DNA of 62,555 nt, the filler included, from Choristocarpus tenellus KU-1152 (Eukaryota > Protista > Phaeophyceae): NCBI GenBank assembly GCA_964200185.2. It is 9 parts of 9 records of this genome, joined end to end, with 100 filler letters (N's around TTAATTAATTAA, not from the genome) between each part and the next. Parts side by side here need not be neighbours in the genome. Positions count along the whole stretch, not along the records: positions 42,671 to 54,381 come from CAXNAD020002172.1; positions 54,482 to 62,555 come from CAXNAD020005193.1; 7 more parts are not named here. One strand, 5' to 3'. Within the stretch, counting starts at the first letter, position 1. Each line of letters begins with the position of its first letter. The notes beneath the pieces were generated by a model that saw only the letters and a program-made list of their open reading frames with translations, had not been told where the DNA came from and did no database searches. Below, piece by piece: positions 51,571 to 62,555 of this stretch. A program made the position numbers and the translations under genes.

Positions 51571-53923
51571 CTGAGGCGCCTGCTATGTCACCTACAAACA
51601 TACCTAAGAACTTAAAAAGAAAGGCGTCCTTCAATGAGCACACATGTATATTTTGCTCATTTTTCTCAACACCTCATCGGAGAAAGAGATTCTTGCGCAT
51701 ACATCATCAACACATCCTTGCAAGTATCACAATATTGGTACCTACAGGCTGATCTGACGACCAATATCAAGGAGTGCGTTACTGGGATCGAAATACCCAC
51801 ACCAACTTCAGAGTTGAAAAGTATCAAATTTGGTTGTTCAATTTGCCTTGTTGATATAAAAGCAAAAGAAGCACTTCTACTCTTCCAAAAATAGTCGGAT
51901 TTTCCGTCTATTTTGAGTTTCAAATAAATTGCAATATCAACAGTCGGAGAACCACTTCTCAAAGGCCCAGAAGTGTGGTCCTTATTTCTTTTTATTGTCT
52001 GGTTTCAGTACCTATGACATGATACCCACATGAATTGCTACAACGTCAATGAAAATTAATCTAAAACTAACACTACTACAGGACATGAGCATTACTTTGT
52101 ACACCATATCAAAGCTGCTACCATAAAACTCAAGGGGCATGCACATGACATACACTGGGCAGGACAAGTCAACAAAACCACCCACACTCCCAAATGAGCA
52201 CTCAAGTCACTACACAGGCAAGACTTACCGACTTTTCATCCTCAATGTTCTTGATGACATCTTCAGTCAAAAACCCCTCACTCAATGCAAATCTCCCCGT
52301 CAGATACAGCAAGAGGTTCGTCACCTCGGGCGTAAAGGCTACCAAGTCTACAGTGGACTCCATAACATCACCCAGTAGCTGCTCAAGTTTGGATGTGAGG
52401 GGGATTGGGGCAGGTTGTGCATGAGGGAAGCTCAGTTGATGGAGCCAGTCAGGGTCACATATCGGGCTGTTGACGTACCAACATTATAAATACATTAGCA
52501 TTGGAAGGGAAGTAAAGACCAGCCCCCACCTGGGGCCACTAAAAATCCCCCCTGACACATGTACTCATGAATAACTCCTCCGATATTGTACAATTGGAGG
52601 GACTATTACACCCTGACACATCTGCTGCACCATATATATATATATAATATATATATATATTCAATCTATCGTGATTACATTACTTCGGCTGGAGAACAAG
52701 CCAATCAAACCAAGCAGCAACTGTTGAAAAATGAAAAAAAAATAGTGGTGGTGCCTTTGCTCTCGCATGGATGAGAAGGGGCTAACAGAGGCCCCAGACA
52801 AAACGCCACCTCAGTGAGAGGCCTTGACCATCTGGGCTGCCTCTGATGGGAAGCAGTCACTGGGATACAGGTAGGAGAGTTGCTACAACTAAGGCCTTCA
52901 ATCTATCAAGCAAAATAAAATTTTCACCCAACAGCAACTTGGAGTTGCACTGTTGTTTGGAAGCGACATTAAAATCAGTCACAACTGTTGTCGGGGGATT
53001 TTGAATATTCCAGTGGATGAGCATGTCACACACGCAGAGCTGGGGCTCACCAAGGAGGTCGGACTATGGCCATGAGAAAGACCAATTTAGGTCAGCTTCA
53101 ACAAACCTTACAGGAGATCCTAAAAATTCACACCACTTCGCATGCTGTGGCAATGCATACATAGTCCCACGATCAACTCCTTGTAAAAACTAAAAAATAA
53201 TGTAAAATATATTCCAGGTCCGGTTTGACCCCCAACTAAGTCCCTGCTAGCTGAGAGCAATAAGGAAGGTCTCCACAGCGCACTTGATAGACAAATCGAG
53301 CCGCTGAAGGCTAGAGGATGGATCTATCACCACTTCTAAACCATGGCGTACACCTTGGTTTAGAAGGCGTTTTTTGAGACGATAGAATGATAAGCAGAAC
53401 CGTATGCCTGAATGATAACCCCCCCTCTCTCTCCCCAGGGAGCCCTCTCAGGGCCAACTTGAAAATCAGGCTCGACATTCTCAGAAATCCAAAATATCTC
53501 CGAGCATATTGGGACAGAGGAAGTACTAATACTATTCAATAGGCAGTTAGGGCTGCATTACTGTACACATCGATTCTATTTTTTATTTTCTATTAAAAGA
53601 GAATGAGTGACACTCTCTTTGCCAAAAACTTCTACTGTTGTACCCCGAAAATTCCATTATCAATTCCATTTATCGTCTCAACAACAACAAAAAAAAATGG
53701 ATACAATCTCAGAGAACAACCCGGCCCCCCTCCGCCCCCTCGCCCTCCCCCTCTGCACAAAAAATCCACTTCATCAAAAATAGTGCAATGGACGACATAC
53801 CCGTGTTGCGTCTTGATTCATCCTCCCGGGGTTGGACCAACCTTTCCACCCATAGGTGAGGTACGAGGAGATACCATTTATGTGCGGATGTTGCAACATA
53901 TTCTCGAGATGTGTTTTTGATTC
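51349..53923 (-). CDS. 3' part of a putative carbohydrate sulfotransferase-like protein; exons 53801-53923, 53284-53407, 52229-52466, 51349-51498
   Basis: Four exons with compatible phases (1,2,0) end in TAG. The C-terminus VDLVAFTPEVTNLLLYL...EDV...NANS...FSPKQLNRLNSTLQMDWLLYNRF resembles the galactose-3-O-sulfotransferase-type ending (F.LV+..E....L+LL...N.......L....D..LY..F). PAPS-binding motifs are not visible, so the product is tentative and the gene model is firmer. Confidence 0.62.
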
Positions 53924-56509
53924 CTGCGCTAGCCATTATTGTGTTTTCGATATTGTGTTTTCCATGGGCCAGGGGGGAGTTGATAAGTTTGCAAATATAT
54001 ATAATATATACATACATACATATATTTATTTATTTATGTAACGAGCATGCGATGTTTCAGTTAATGCCACGAAGAAAGAAATATATTAGGGGGTATCCTG
54101 ACAGCATTGCAGGAAAGGAAATCTAACATGAAAAGGCTACAATCTGACTAGTATGCCCGATGCAACACACTGTGAGTAAATAGGCTCCATTTTCTCCTTG
54201 AAAACCAACTTGTCCATTAGCATTTCTTGTCCAGAGTGCAACTGAGACAAATGCATGTACCTACATCAATTCCCCCAAAATGACCCTGCTGGACAATAGC
54301 AAAAGGTCGCTTAAATAGTTAGTGTGCTTGTAAAAAATAGGTTGTTTGACCGAAACGGATGCCCCCTCACAAACAACCCCCNNNNNNNNNNNNNNNNNNN
54401 NNNNNNNNNNNNNNNNNNNNNNNNNTTAATTAATTAANNNNNNNNNNNNNNNNNNNNNNNNNNNNNNNNNNNNNNNNNNNNGTGTATGCGTTTTAATCTT
54501 TAGTCACCAGGGAGATGGGCACGGAGGGGTTTATTGGATTCTTGGGATGCCTCCCTAGCTCCTCCCCACGGGGCGCAGGAGTAGGTAGATTGGAGGCACA
54601 GGGAGGCAGTAGTACATAATTTATAGTGAAGTAATAAATAGACTTAGTGTTTTTAACATTTATGATATTTCATTTCTTCAGGGTTTATACTAACATATGT
54701 ATAGTTTTTCATTTGTTTTCCCCCTGACACATCTACAGAATGTCAGAGGGCATAATAATTAAAAAGTGGATGATTGTGTAATATTATATATAGTTGTGTA
54801 TGTAAGTATGTACTTATGTGGAATACAGGTTTATCTGTTTTCATACCGTCGTTTTTGTGTTCCATATACCGTCAAACCGATTGAGGTTCCTCCTCAGGAA
54901 TCGTGGATTCCATTGGAGGATCTTTCATGAGATTGAGGAGTGGAATCTTTTCAAGAGGCCAACACTACAAGTACAGGATGCTTTGCCAATCAGAGATGTC
55001 GAACACGAAAGATTTGCCTAGTTCTCACATTTTTACATATCTGATGATCTCTCTCGCATGAGATTCTCATCACCCCACGATTTTCTACGATTCCTTGCAG
55101 TCTTGCACTTATTCAACCTTAACTTCGTCCTCTCAGTTACGGTTTTGTCTTGGTCTGTCTGGTCTGTCTTGCCTGATAATTTTCTTCACCACCCTTTCCT
55201 GAGTGAACCATACTGCAACAAAATTCATGCGGTTCATACTACGCACAGTATATTATATTACTGTATTTGAAAAGCTGCCACAACAGGCATTCAATAGTAT
55301 GAAATCAATATAATCCGTATAGTCCTCTCATACACTTAAGAACTTCAACCATAAATTGTTGAGGACTACCAGATCAATTTGTACAATCTCAAATTTGATA
55401 GTACTGTTTTTTAATGCTAAATTAAATTTTTCTAATAGCTGGTAGTAAGGGTGCAAATTTACACAAGCAGGAAAAATGTAGGACATATTATTGTACTGTT
55501 TGGAAATAAAAGGCTCAGTCAAGCTACCCCTGAACCGTAATATGCCAAGCTTTTCGCTTCATCATTTCTGAATTTCAACCCACGCTTTCTCTCGTCACTG
55601 TAGCCTACATGCTTCAATATATGCCACTAGTAAGTACTACTACTACTCCTACTCCTACTACTCTTAATACTCCTATTTCTATTACTAGTGTACTTCAGAT
55701 AACTTCTTATTTGTCAATATCATTAATTCTTCCTTCCCCTCCCCTCTCCTCCCCCTTCCTTACATTTTGTTGAGATAACAATAGGAGGATGGGCAGGCGT
55801 ACAAGTCAACACTAGTCCAGAAAGCACAACAAGAAGTGGGCTCACATGCTCCCGTCCAATAATGACGCTTGTATTTTGACATACACGACTGTGTCAATGC
55901 ACCAGTTCCAGTCTCAACGTTTCGTTGTCGGTGTGCTCCTCCCCACTCCAAAACCGTGGTTGTTGTCATGTCCAATGCACTTCCCAATTCTGAGGTAGAG
56001 GCTGCTATCGAACTTTACATCAAGTCCAGCTGTTTGCTGGGTCCTTTGGATTGTCAAAGTCCTTGATCCTACCTGATAGTGAGCCGTATCCTCTCCATGT
56101 GGTACGATGATGGTTCTAGTATTGTGCAGATTGTTAAATCAATCTAGTCGAGGAGTGTGAGTGGTTTCAACTATCATGTTAGAAGATCTTCATAAATCCT
56201 AAGTATCAAGAGCGTGTGTTCCTAAGTGCCCAAATATATAGCTGATGACACCCCCGTTTTGGCTTTAACTAGGCCTGTCTTTGGAGGAGAGGAGATTGAT
56301 CAACAACGGCAAACAACAGCACTGTCAGGTTCAAGTGCGAGATCCATCTCCATTTCGGCTTTAAACCACGATTCTCGCCCTTTCACTCGAGCACATCGGA
56401 TTTAGTGGCAACAATAATATTTTATAACGGTAAGGAGGACAAAGGATAGACTAAATGAGTAGTGTTGGAGAAATGAGAAAGGAGGAGGCGTCAGGTCCAG
56501 GACCAATAC

Positions 56510-56776
56510 ATACTATGAAAAAAACTGACCTATATACTAATTGCATAGGTATAGTTCACATGTTGCTTGTCATTGCGAGCATACACGCATCAAATGCTTA
56601 TATCCCTAGCTATGGAATGATACCTTATCACTCCAATTCGTTAATACTATGAAAAAAACTGACCTATATACTAATTGCATAGGTATAGTTCACGTCTTGC
56701 TTGTCATTGTGAGCATACACGCATCAAATGCCTATATCCCTAGCAATGGAATGATCACTTATCACTCCAATTCGTT
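56510..56776. repeat. Tandem duplication of a ~134-bp unit (2 copies)
   Basis: ATACTATGAAAAAAACTGACCTATATACTAATTGCATAGG...ATCACTCCAATTCGTT at 56510 and 56644 with a few substitutions. Confidence 0.95.
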
Positions 56777-57337
56777 TCATACCTGCCAGTCAAACTTGAG
56801 CACCTACTGTTACAGCACGCTCCAGAAGCCTACCACCACAGGATGTATAGCTCCAATCTACAGGCCTATAGATGATACGGATGCACGTATGGGACTTCTG
56901 ATACACAAGTCGTCAAGTATGCTGGATTTATCACTTTGGATTGGCATAAATATCATCCTATAAAATGGAACTGGCACGGATGTTTCACCTGATAATAACT
57001 AAATAACTAAATAGTCGAGAAGTACAAGTATATCAAATCTAGGACTTCAAGGTCATCACTGTGTTTATGAAACTGTCATCAAGACATATCGCCTGTAACA
57101 CTACATCCACCACGCTCTCGAGAACCTCTTTCAACAGTCCTTCAAGCAAGTAAACAGCCAAATCGATTTCTCGCATCTATAGATGGACAACTGCTTGAGG
57201 TACGTACTGTCCAATCCTTCAGACATCCTTGCCGCTATCAATCCCCCATTGTTCAATTTTGTGCAATTAACGTTGGAAAATATTGCTATTTGATCAGTAG
57301 TGAAGACAAGAAGGTGTGGAGCCTCACACAACCCTTT

Positions 57338-57606
57338 TGCTGAATCCTAAAAGAATGGGTGCATGGAATTAGAAGAGTGACCTTGTGGGGTCTCTTCCAT
57401 TATTTGATTCTTTATTTTTATTTGTGTCTCATATGTAAAGTCAACGGTTATGTAAGAGTAGTATAACTGCAATACCAAACTCCGTACATAATCCAGATGC
57501 ACTATCTCATTAGTTACATAACATGAACTCAATCCAACGCAATAATTTCACATGCACAAAATAGGGTACACCTTACTATTGTCCTATGGTTGCATACTCC
57601 CCCATG
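57338..57606 (-). mobile_element. Probable polypurine tract and 3' LTR of the adjacent Copia relic
   Basis: The minus strand reads ATGGGGGAGTA|TGCAACC... downstream of the integrase. The LTR end at ...TTCAGCA (57338) is a guess. Confidence 0.45.
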
Positions 57607-57879
57607 AGAGTGGAAGTAAGAATTCGCGGATTGCTTCAACTCTCACACACTAAATTTATCTTGTCTATAAAGCAAAAGAACACAGATTGCTTCAACTCTA
57701 ACACACAACATTAATTTTATCAACACAGTATCTACGAAGTCTTCTACCTACTTGTTTCGTAATCTCTTCGTCAATATGTCTGCAGTTTTAGTGGTGTAGT
57801 TAGTTCTTGCTCGCGGCTGTTGCTCGCGGTATCTGACTGCACTATCGAAATCCCCATCGGAGTCTGCATCGTTATGGGA

Positions 57880-58800
57880 GATATCATCATCGTCGTTCAA
57901 AATCATGGTCTCTCACTCCCCCACGAGGTCCATGGTGTGTTCGTCTGGCTCTAACGTCACCTGGGTGGAGCTCACCAACTTGACCTCTTGAGGAAGTCAG
58001 ATGTACCAACACAGTGATGTACGACGATCGCGTCCCATGATGATCCCTCGCTTAGTGTATGGGTGAAACTTGGAACCATCTCCCCTCTACTGCTTCTCTT
58101 GGTGGACATAGCACTCGCTCCCCCAGGCCCGAAGTCTATCATAATTACATGCTTTGCCCGTTAGATGCTCACATGGTGTCTCTCCTCCCAGGTATTCATG
58201 TGGTATGCCTCCAGTTTTGAAGGCGACGTCAGTGATAGCATAGAACCAGAGCTCATTGCCCAGGCCAGCCTTAACCAACTGACTCCTTGCTGCCCCCATG
58301 AGTTGTTTTATTGCCCTTTCCGTGATCCCATTGCTCCATGGTGTTGTCGTTAGAGATTTCCTCCATCTTGTACCGTTATTCGCCAGCATTCTCTGAAACT
58401 TTGCCGACCTCCCAAGCTCGCCAGCACCATCCCCACTGATAAATTGAACTGACATGCCTTCCCTGGCCATCTGGTCGAGATAGGCAGCGGCTGCGTCCGT
58501 CGCTGCATTTTTAGGTTTCAATCCGTAAACCACCTTGTCGCGGCTGCCCATATCGACAAACACCTGAGAGTATTTGGGAGCAGTGATGTCTGCTTGGAAA
58601 GGTCCCACCAAATCTGTGTGTACTACCTCGCCAGGCTGTTTGGGGGTTCTACCACACCGTTGGTAGCTCAGAGCCTCTGATTTGCATTCCTTGCATGTCT
58701 TTCATCGCAGTTCCGACACCACAGCACCGTCTCTGGTCTCCAACAGTACACGCTTATTGAGATGCTTGATTGCTGATGGGTTAATGTGCCCCAATATCCT
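57880..58800 (-). pseudogene. Ty1/Copia retrotransposon relic: GAG-pre-integrase plus integrase core; no RT/RNase H seen
   Basis: LGHINP...CKECK; VVHTDLVGPF; ISGDGAGEL; TPWSNGITERAIKQL...LWFYA; GETPCEHLTGK...LRAWGSECYVH; in-frame stops. Confidence 0.93.
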
Positions 58801-59764
58801 ATCGGAATTTCAGGTTCTCCCTTTTATTGGGTCGTGCTGCGCTGGCTCTCGGTTCTTGTTCCACATTGACTACTGTTCCAGTTAGATTTAAGAACCCCTC
58901 ACACTTTCGAATGTTTATGTTGTGCGAATTCTTGGAGGTCTTCAGATAAATATATTTTGTTCTGGAATCCATAAATTCTCTTCCATTACCATCCTTCAGA
59001 ACCATTCTTGACGTACCGTTCTTGTCTGTTACCATTAGAACCAAATTCCTAGTTTCTTGTTGTTATGGTTCTGACAGTTACCTCTAGCACAGAATTTGTC
59101 CTGGTGTAACCTTTGATGGGAGAGGAGGTTTTCGTCGAAATAAACCTTGATGTGATCCTTGAATCACTCCTAACATTATCAGGTTGGAGTTGGTTGTGGT
59201 GTGATGGGCGAGAGGTAGAGATTTTCCTCACTAAAATCAAGTCACTTAGATATCCGTCCGTCCGTCGTCCATTATATGGCTTGGAGGCCTGTTTCTCCTC
59301 TCTAAGGACGAGTTTTTTCATGGAAGAAGAGTCGTGATCCTCCATGTGTCATCTGTCTGCGTGCAACCCTAAACCCTTCATTGTTATTGTAGCCCCAATG
59401 TTACGCCTAAAAGCTCATCAGAAAGCAGCCAGCCAGCCAGCCCTCATCATCGATCTTGAGCAAGAATACACGTTCTCCGTCGTAGTCGCGACCCCTCTTT
59501 GATTTCTTGTTCCGCAGTGATTGAATGGTCCACTCGATCAAGCGCGAGTCTCCCTCTCGACACATGGCAATCACCAGCGCGTACGCTCTGCCCAACCTCT
59601 TCCATCGACTTCTGTGAAACTTGAAGCCTGGAGGTTGACACCGTACCACGTTATCCAGCATGTCCTTCGACAGAGGGGCTTCCGCAGGCTATTGTGCCGA
59701 GTTCTGCGTGGACAATCTACGTTGTAGTGAGCTGCGTGCGAAGGTCAAGCTCCGAAAGCCTCGG

Positions 59765-60141
59765 CAGTATATTGTTAACAATCACCTCTATGATAACATC
59801 ACAGGTCTTCATTAATTTCGAGGTGATGCAAGGCGTCCTGACCGGTGATCAGCGCATCAAATTTAAGCTGAGATTATAAGCAGTTCATTGGCGCAAAGAA
59901 ATCTGTTCGCAAAAAAATTGATATGACTTCCGCCGATTTTCTTTTTTTTGACAATTCAACCGAACCTTTCGGCATTTACTATCTCAACACAATGTAATTT
60001 GCGACTGAATTTCTTTGCCCCAATCCATGGCATTTGATCTCAGCATTAATTGATGTCCTGAGCATCGATCAGGACGCCTCACATCACCTCGAATGAATCA
60101 AGGAGAGTCTTATCGTAGAGGCGACTGCCAACACCATACTG
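59765..60141. repeat. Long imperfect inverted repeat (fold-back), arms ~59765-59913 and ~59997-60141
   Basis: The reverse complement of the right arm matches the left arm in blocks: CAGTAT, CCTCTA.GATAA, TTCGAGGTGATG, AGGCGTCCTGA, CATCAA, GCTGAGAT, ATTGG.GCAAAGAAAT, TCGCAAA. Confidence 0.88.
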
Positions 60142-60746
60142 AAGGTGCATGTCCGTTTGGTGACCCACGTATTTGGTGACCTAGGTACTTACCAGGTCTT
60201 CACGATCAGGTGTAAGATGGACGTTTGGTCGGGAGTCACACAATATCTCGACTTCCTTTCTACTGGACAAAGGTAGAGAAGGAGCGCGATTGGTTCCTGT
60301 TGACCCTGCGGCTCGGTGTACGTCCGTTGTTACTTGTCCCACCAGTTGGAGGTCGTGGAAATGTTCTGGCAGGTGCTATCTCAGGCGGGCGTCTTGCAGG
60401 TGACTTGCCATCCAAGTAGAAGTAGCACCTTTGCCATCGATAGTTCATCTTCAAGCAGTATTCACATTGGTTTGGTTTGGGGCCGCTTGTTGAATACCTT
60501 AGCTCATGAAAGGCTCGTCGCCCAAAGCCGCTGGTTGAGTTACATGGTAAACATATATACTGAATATTAATTATCCACTGTGTGTTTGTCTTTGCAGTCA
60601 ACTATCTCCAACGTATGACCAAAGACTGACCCATAATACCGTAATTTACGTTACTACTACTTTGTGTTGTAGTGAACTAAAGATAAACACACATGAAACT
60701 ATGTTATATACTTGTATCAACACATATAACGCAAGGATAACACTAG

Positions 60747-60976
60747 GTTATTTGACATCCTCCCCTTGCTGAAAACAAGTATTGACACTTAAACAATCAC
60801 GCCAAATATATATATATATATATATACTACAGATATGTTATCCTGCTACATATTCATCAAAAACGTTATTTGACATCCTCCCCTTGCTGAAAACAAGTAT
60901 TGACACTTAAACAATCACGTCAACAAAAAATTATATACTACAGATATGTTATCCTGCTACATATTAATCAAAAACA
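60747..60976. repeat. 118-bp tandem duplication spanning a putative polypurine-tract/LTR junction (minus strand)
   Basis: GTTATTTGACATCCTCCCCTTGCTGAAAACAAG... occurs twice, 118 bp apart. The minus strand reads AAGGGGAGGA|TGTCAAATAAC. Confidence 0.85.
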
Positions 60977-61007
60977 TTACATGTTGTCTAAAATCCTTAC
61001 TGGCAAA

Positions 61008-61103
61008 GGGCCAAAGTATCTGGGGGGGGGACGGCTGTCCATTTGGGGTCCATTTTTCCATATCGCGATTTTTGGGTAACTTGTTTACATACATGCGTTG
61101 GAT
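61008..61103. mobile_element. MITE family A, half copy
   Basis: GGGCCAAAGTATCTGGGGGGGGGACGGCTGTCCATTTGGGG...GCGTTGGAT, after which similarity stops. Confidence 0.85.
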
Positions 61104-62331
61104 TTAAGGTGCATTTTGTAGATACGTGTGTGGATTACACTTAGTTATGGTTGTGTTAGGGTAAGCCCGGAAAAAAATGCTGTCATTGCTTTGAGGGAAA
61201 TTATTAATTTGGACTTCATTAATGAAAAGAAGGGTTGGAGGGTATTTTAAGTATGGTGAAGTACCCATGTTTGCGTGCTTTTGCTCGTTAGGTATTGAAA
61301 AATATTTCGTCATTGGTTAGGGTAAACTGGTGGTGTGTGCTTCGTGAAGTGAACAAATGTTTACATCCATTGTGACGAAGCATGACTAATGGGGTTTTGA
61401 ATTAGTCAGATTAGTTCGAGTGAAACGATTTGTTTATTTAAGTTTTTGATGTACGATGGTGAATATTGTAATTTCTTATTTGGACTTCAGTAGAAGCGAC
61501 CAAATTGTTTAATTGATTTAAGTATGGTCAGGTATGTCACCAAGAACTTCTTTTCGTAGGCGTTAGTTGATAGTATGGTATGCAGGGGGGCTTGGTTGGG
61601 GTAAGCGAGGGATATGCTGGAGCTGGAAAGGGTTAGAGATAGGTTTGTTCAGGAACTTGGGTGTTTTTTTGGAATATCTCCACATGAAGTTAGTGTTGGG
61701 GTTAGTCGGTTGGGGTGACGACTGCCCATGTGGGTGAGGGGTGGACCATGTCACGGATTTCGGTCGATTTAGTTACAAGAGTAGCATCAACATTGCATTA
61801 TATGCCTGGTTGTATGTACGTGTCTGTGGGCTTGGAAGTATGGAAAATAGAGAGTCATCGTTTAGTGTCATTAAATTATCATTTACTTTGATTTTGGAAT
61901 AATGTGACCAATTCCTTGACCAATAACACTATGGTGAAACCCATTATGGAAAATAGTGAAATCCATTAGGGAAACGACCTATTGACAGACGCACGCTTAA
62001 TTTTGGATGTACGTAAAACTTGTCGGGATGGAAGGAAGTGACAGTTTGGCACAAACGAGAGGTGTTCCAGAGCTGCGAAGGGACGAGGATATAACCTTGT
62101 TCAAAATGTGAATATTTATGAGGAATATTAGCATGAAACAAGCTGAACAATCTTCGATCATTAAAACCAAGGCGGAAGTGTACCTTCTTTTGGTCGAAAC
62201 GTTAGGCGAAGTTTCGAATGTGTTTGTGTTTGACGCAGGTTAACTAATGATAGTGTTCGTAAAGTTGTTAAGAATAAGTTTTTTATTTATGTGTAAAGGA
62301 TGATTCTATAGGAGAAACATTGAGTTGTTGA

Positions 62332-62511
62332 GGCTCAAAGTATCTGGGAGAGGGTGGCGGCTCTCCATTTGGTGTCAATTTTTTCATGTCTCGATTTTTG
62401 GGTGATTTGGTTCCTTACGTTGGATGGATAATGAAAGTGCACTTTTCCTGGTTTTGGTCCAAATGGACACTCTTGTGTAGACCCCCCCCCCCCCCCCCGA
62501 TCATTTGGGGG
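62332..62511. mobile_element. MITE family A, near full length with a decayed right TIR
   Basis: GGCTCAAAGTATCTGGGAGAGGGTGGCGGCTCTCCATTTGG...CCAAATGGACACTCTTGTGTAGACCCC(n)GATCATTTGGGGG. Confidence 0.88.
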
Positions 62512-62555
62512 CTTTCTCTTTTGGTTTGATGGGGTGTTTGGTTTGTTGTTTGTTT

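Noticed and set aside
51742-51998. Open minus-strand stretch with AG/GT ends inside the sulfotransferase-like gene
   Set aside because: It would end in phase 2 and shift the terminal exon into a stop. The protein motif reads continuously when it is skipped.
60163-60185. TTTGGTGACCC as a tRNA primer-binding site
   Set aside because: The match is short, on the opposite strand to the neighbouring LTR-element remnants, and not preceded by a recognisable LTR end.
61104-62331. Strand-skewed region suggestive of a decayed LINE
   Set aside because: No convincing endonuclease or RT motif could be read in any frame.

Overview
Intron-rich eukaryotic nuclear DNA, most likely from a brown alga or related ochrophyte. 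That call is an inference from 72-nt single-repeat LRR exons, TTAGGG-type telomeric motifs and gene content. The window is not one locus. It is 9 contigs joined by 8 artificial 100-nt linkers (N-run/TTAATTAATTAA/N-run), so gene neighbourhood across linkers means nothing. Exons were assembled by hand with splice sites and phases checked. This gives one apparently complete GT17 glycosyltransferase gene (7 exons). It also gives partial genes for a TTC38-like TPR protein, VPS4, an ABCG transporter, a large SPRY-domain protein, an LRR protein, a CD36-family protein, a sulfotransferase-like protein and an unknown acidic/coiled-coil protein, plus an orphan acyl-CoA oxidase exon. Non-coding DNA holds decayed Ty3/Gypsy and Ty1/Copia remnants and at least 15 copies or fragments of three MITE families. 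These share one terminal signature (G[AG][CG]TCAAAGT...) and 3-bp TSDs (PIF/Harbinger-like), and one copy is nested in another. The best leads are this multi-family MITE system, a CxxC...CxxC putative zinc ribbon in the VPS4 beta-domain, the modular 72-nt LRR exon cassettes, the orphan ACOX exon upstream of an unrelated gene tail, and a ~377-bp fold-back element. No rRNA, tRNA or CRISPR array was seen. All alignments were done by eye.
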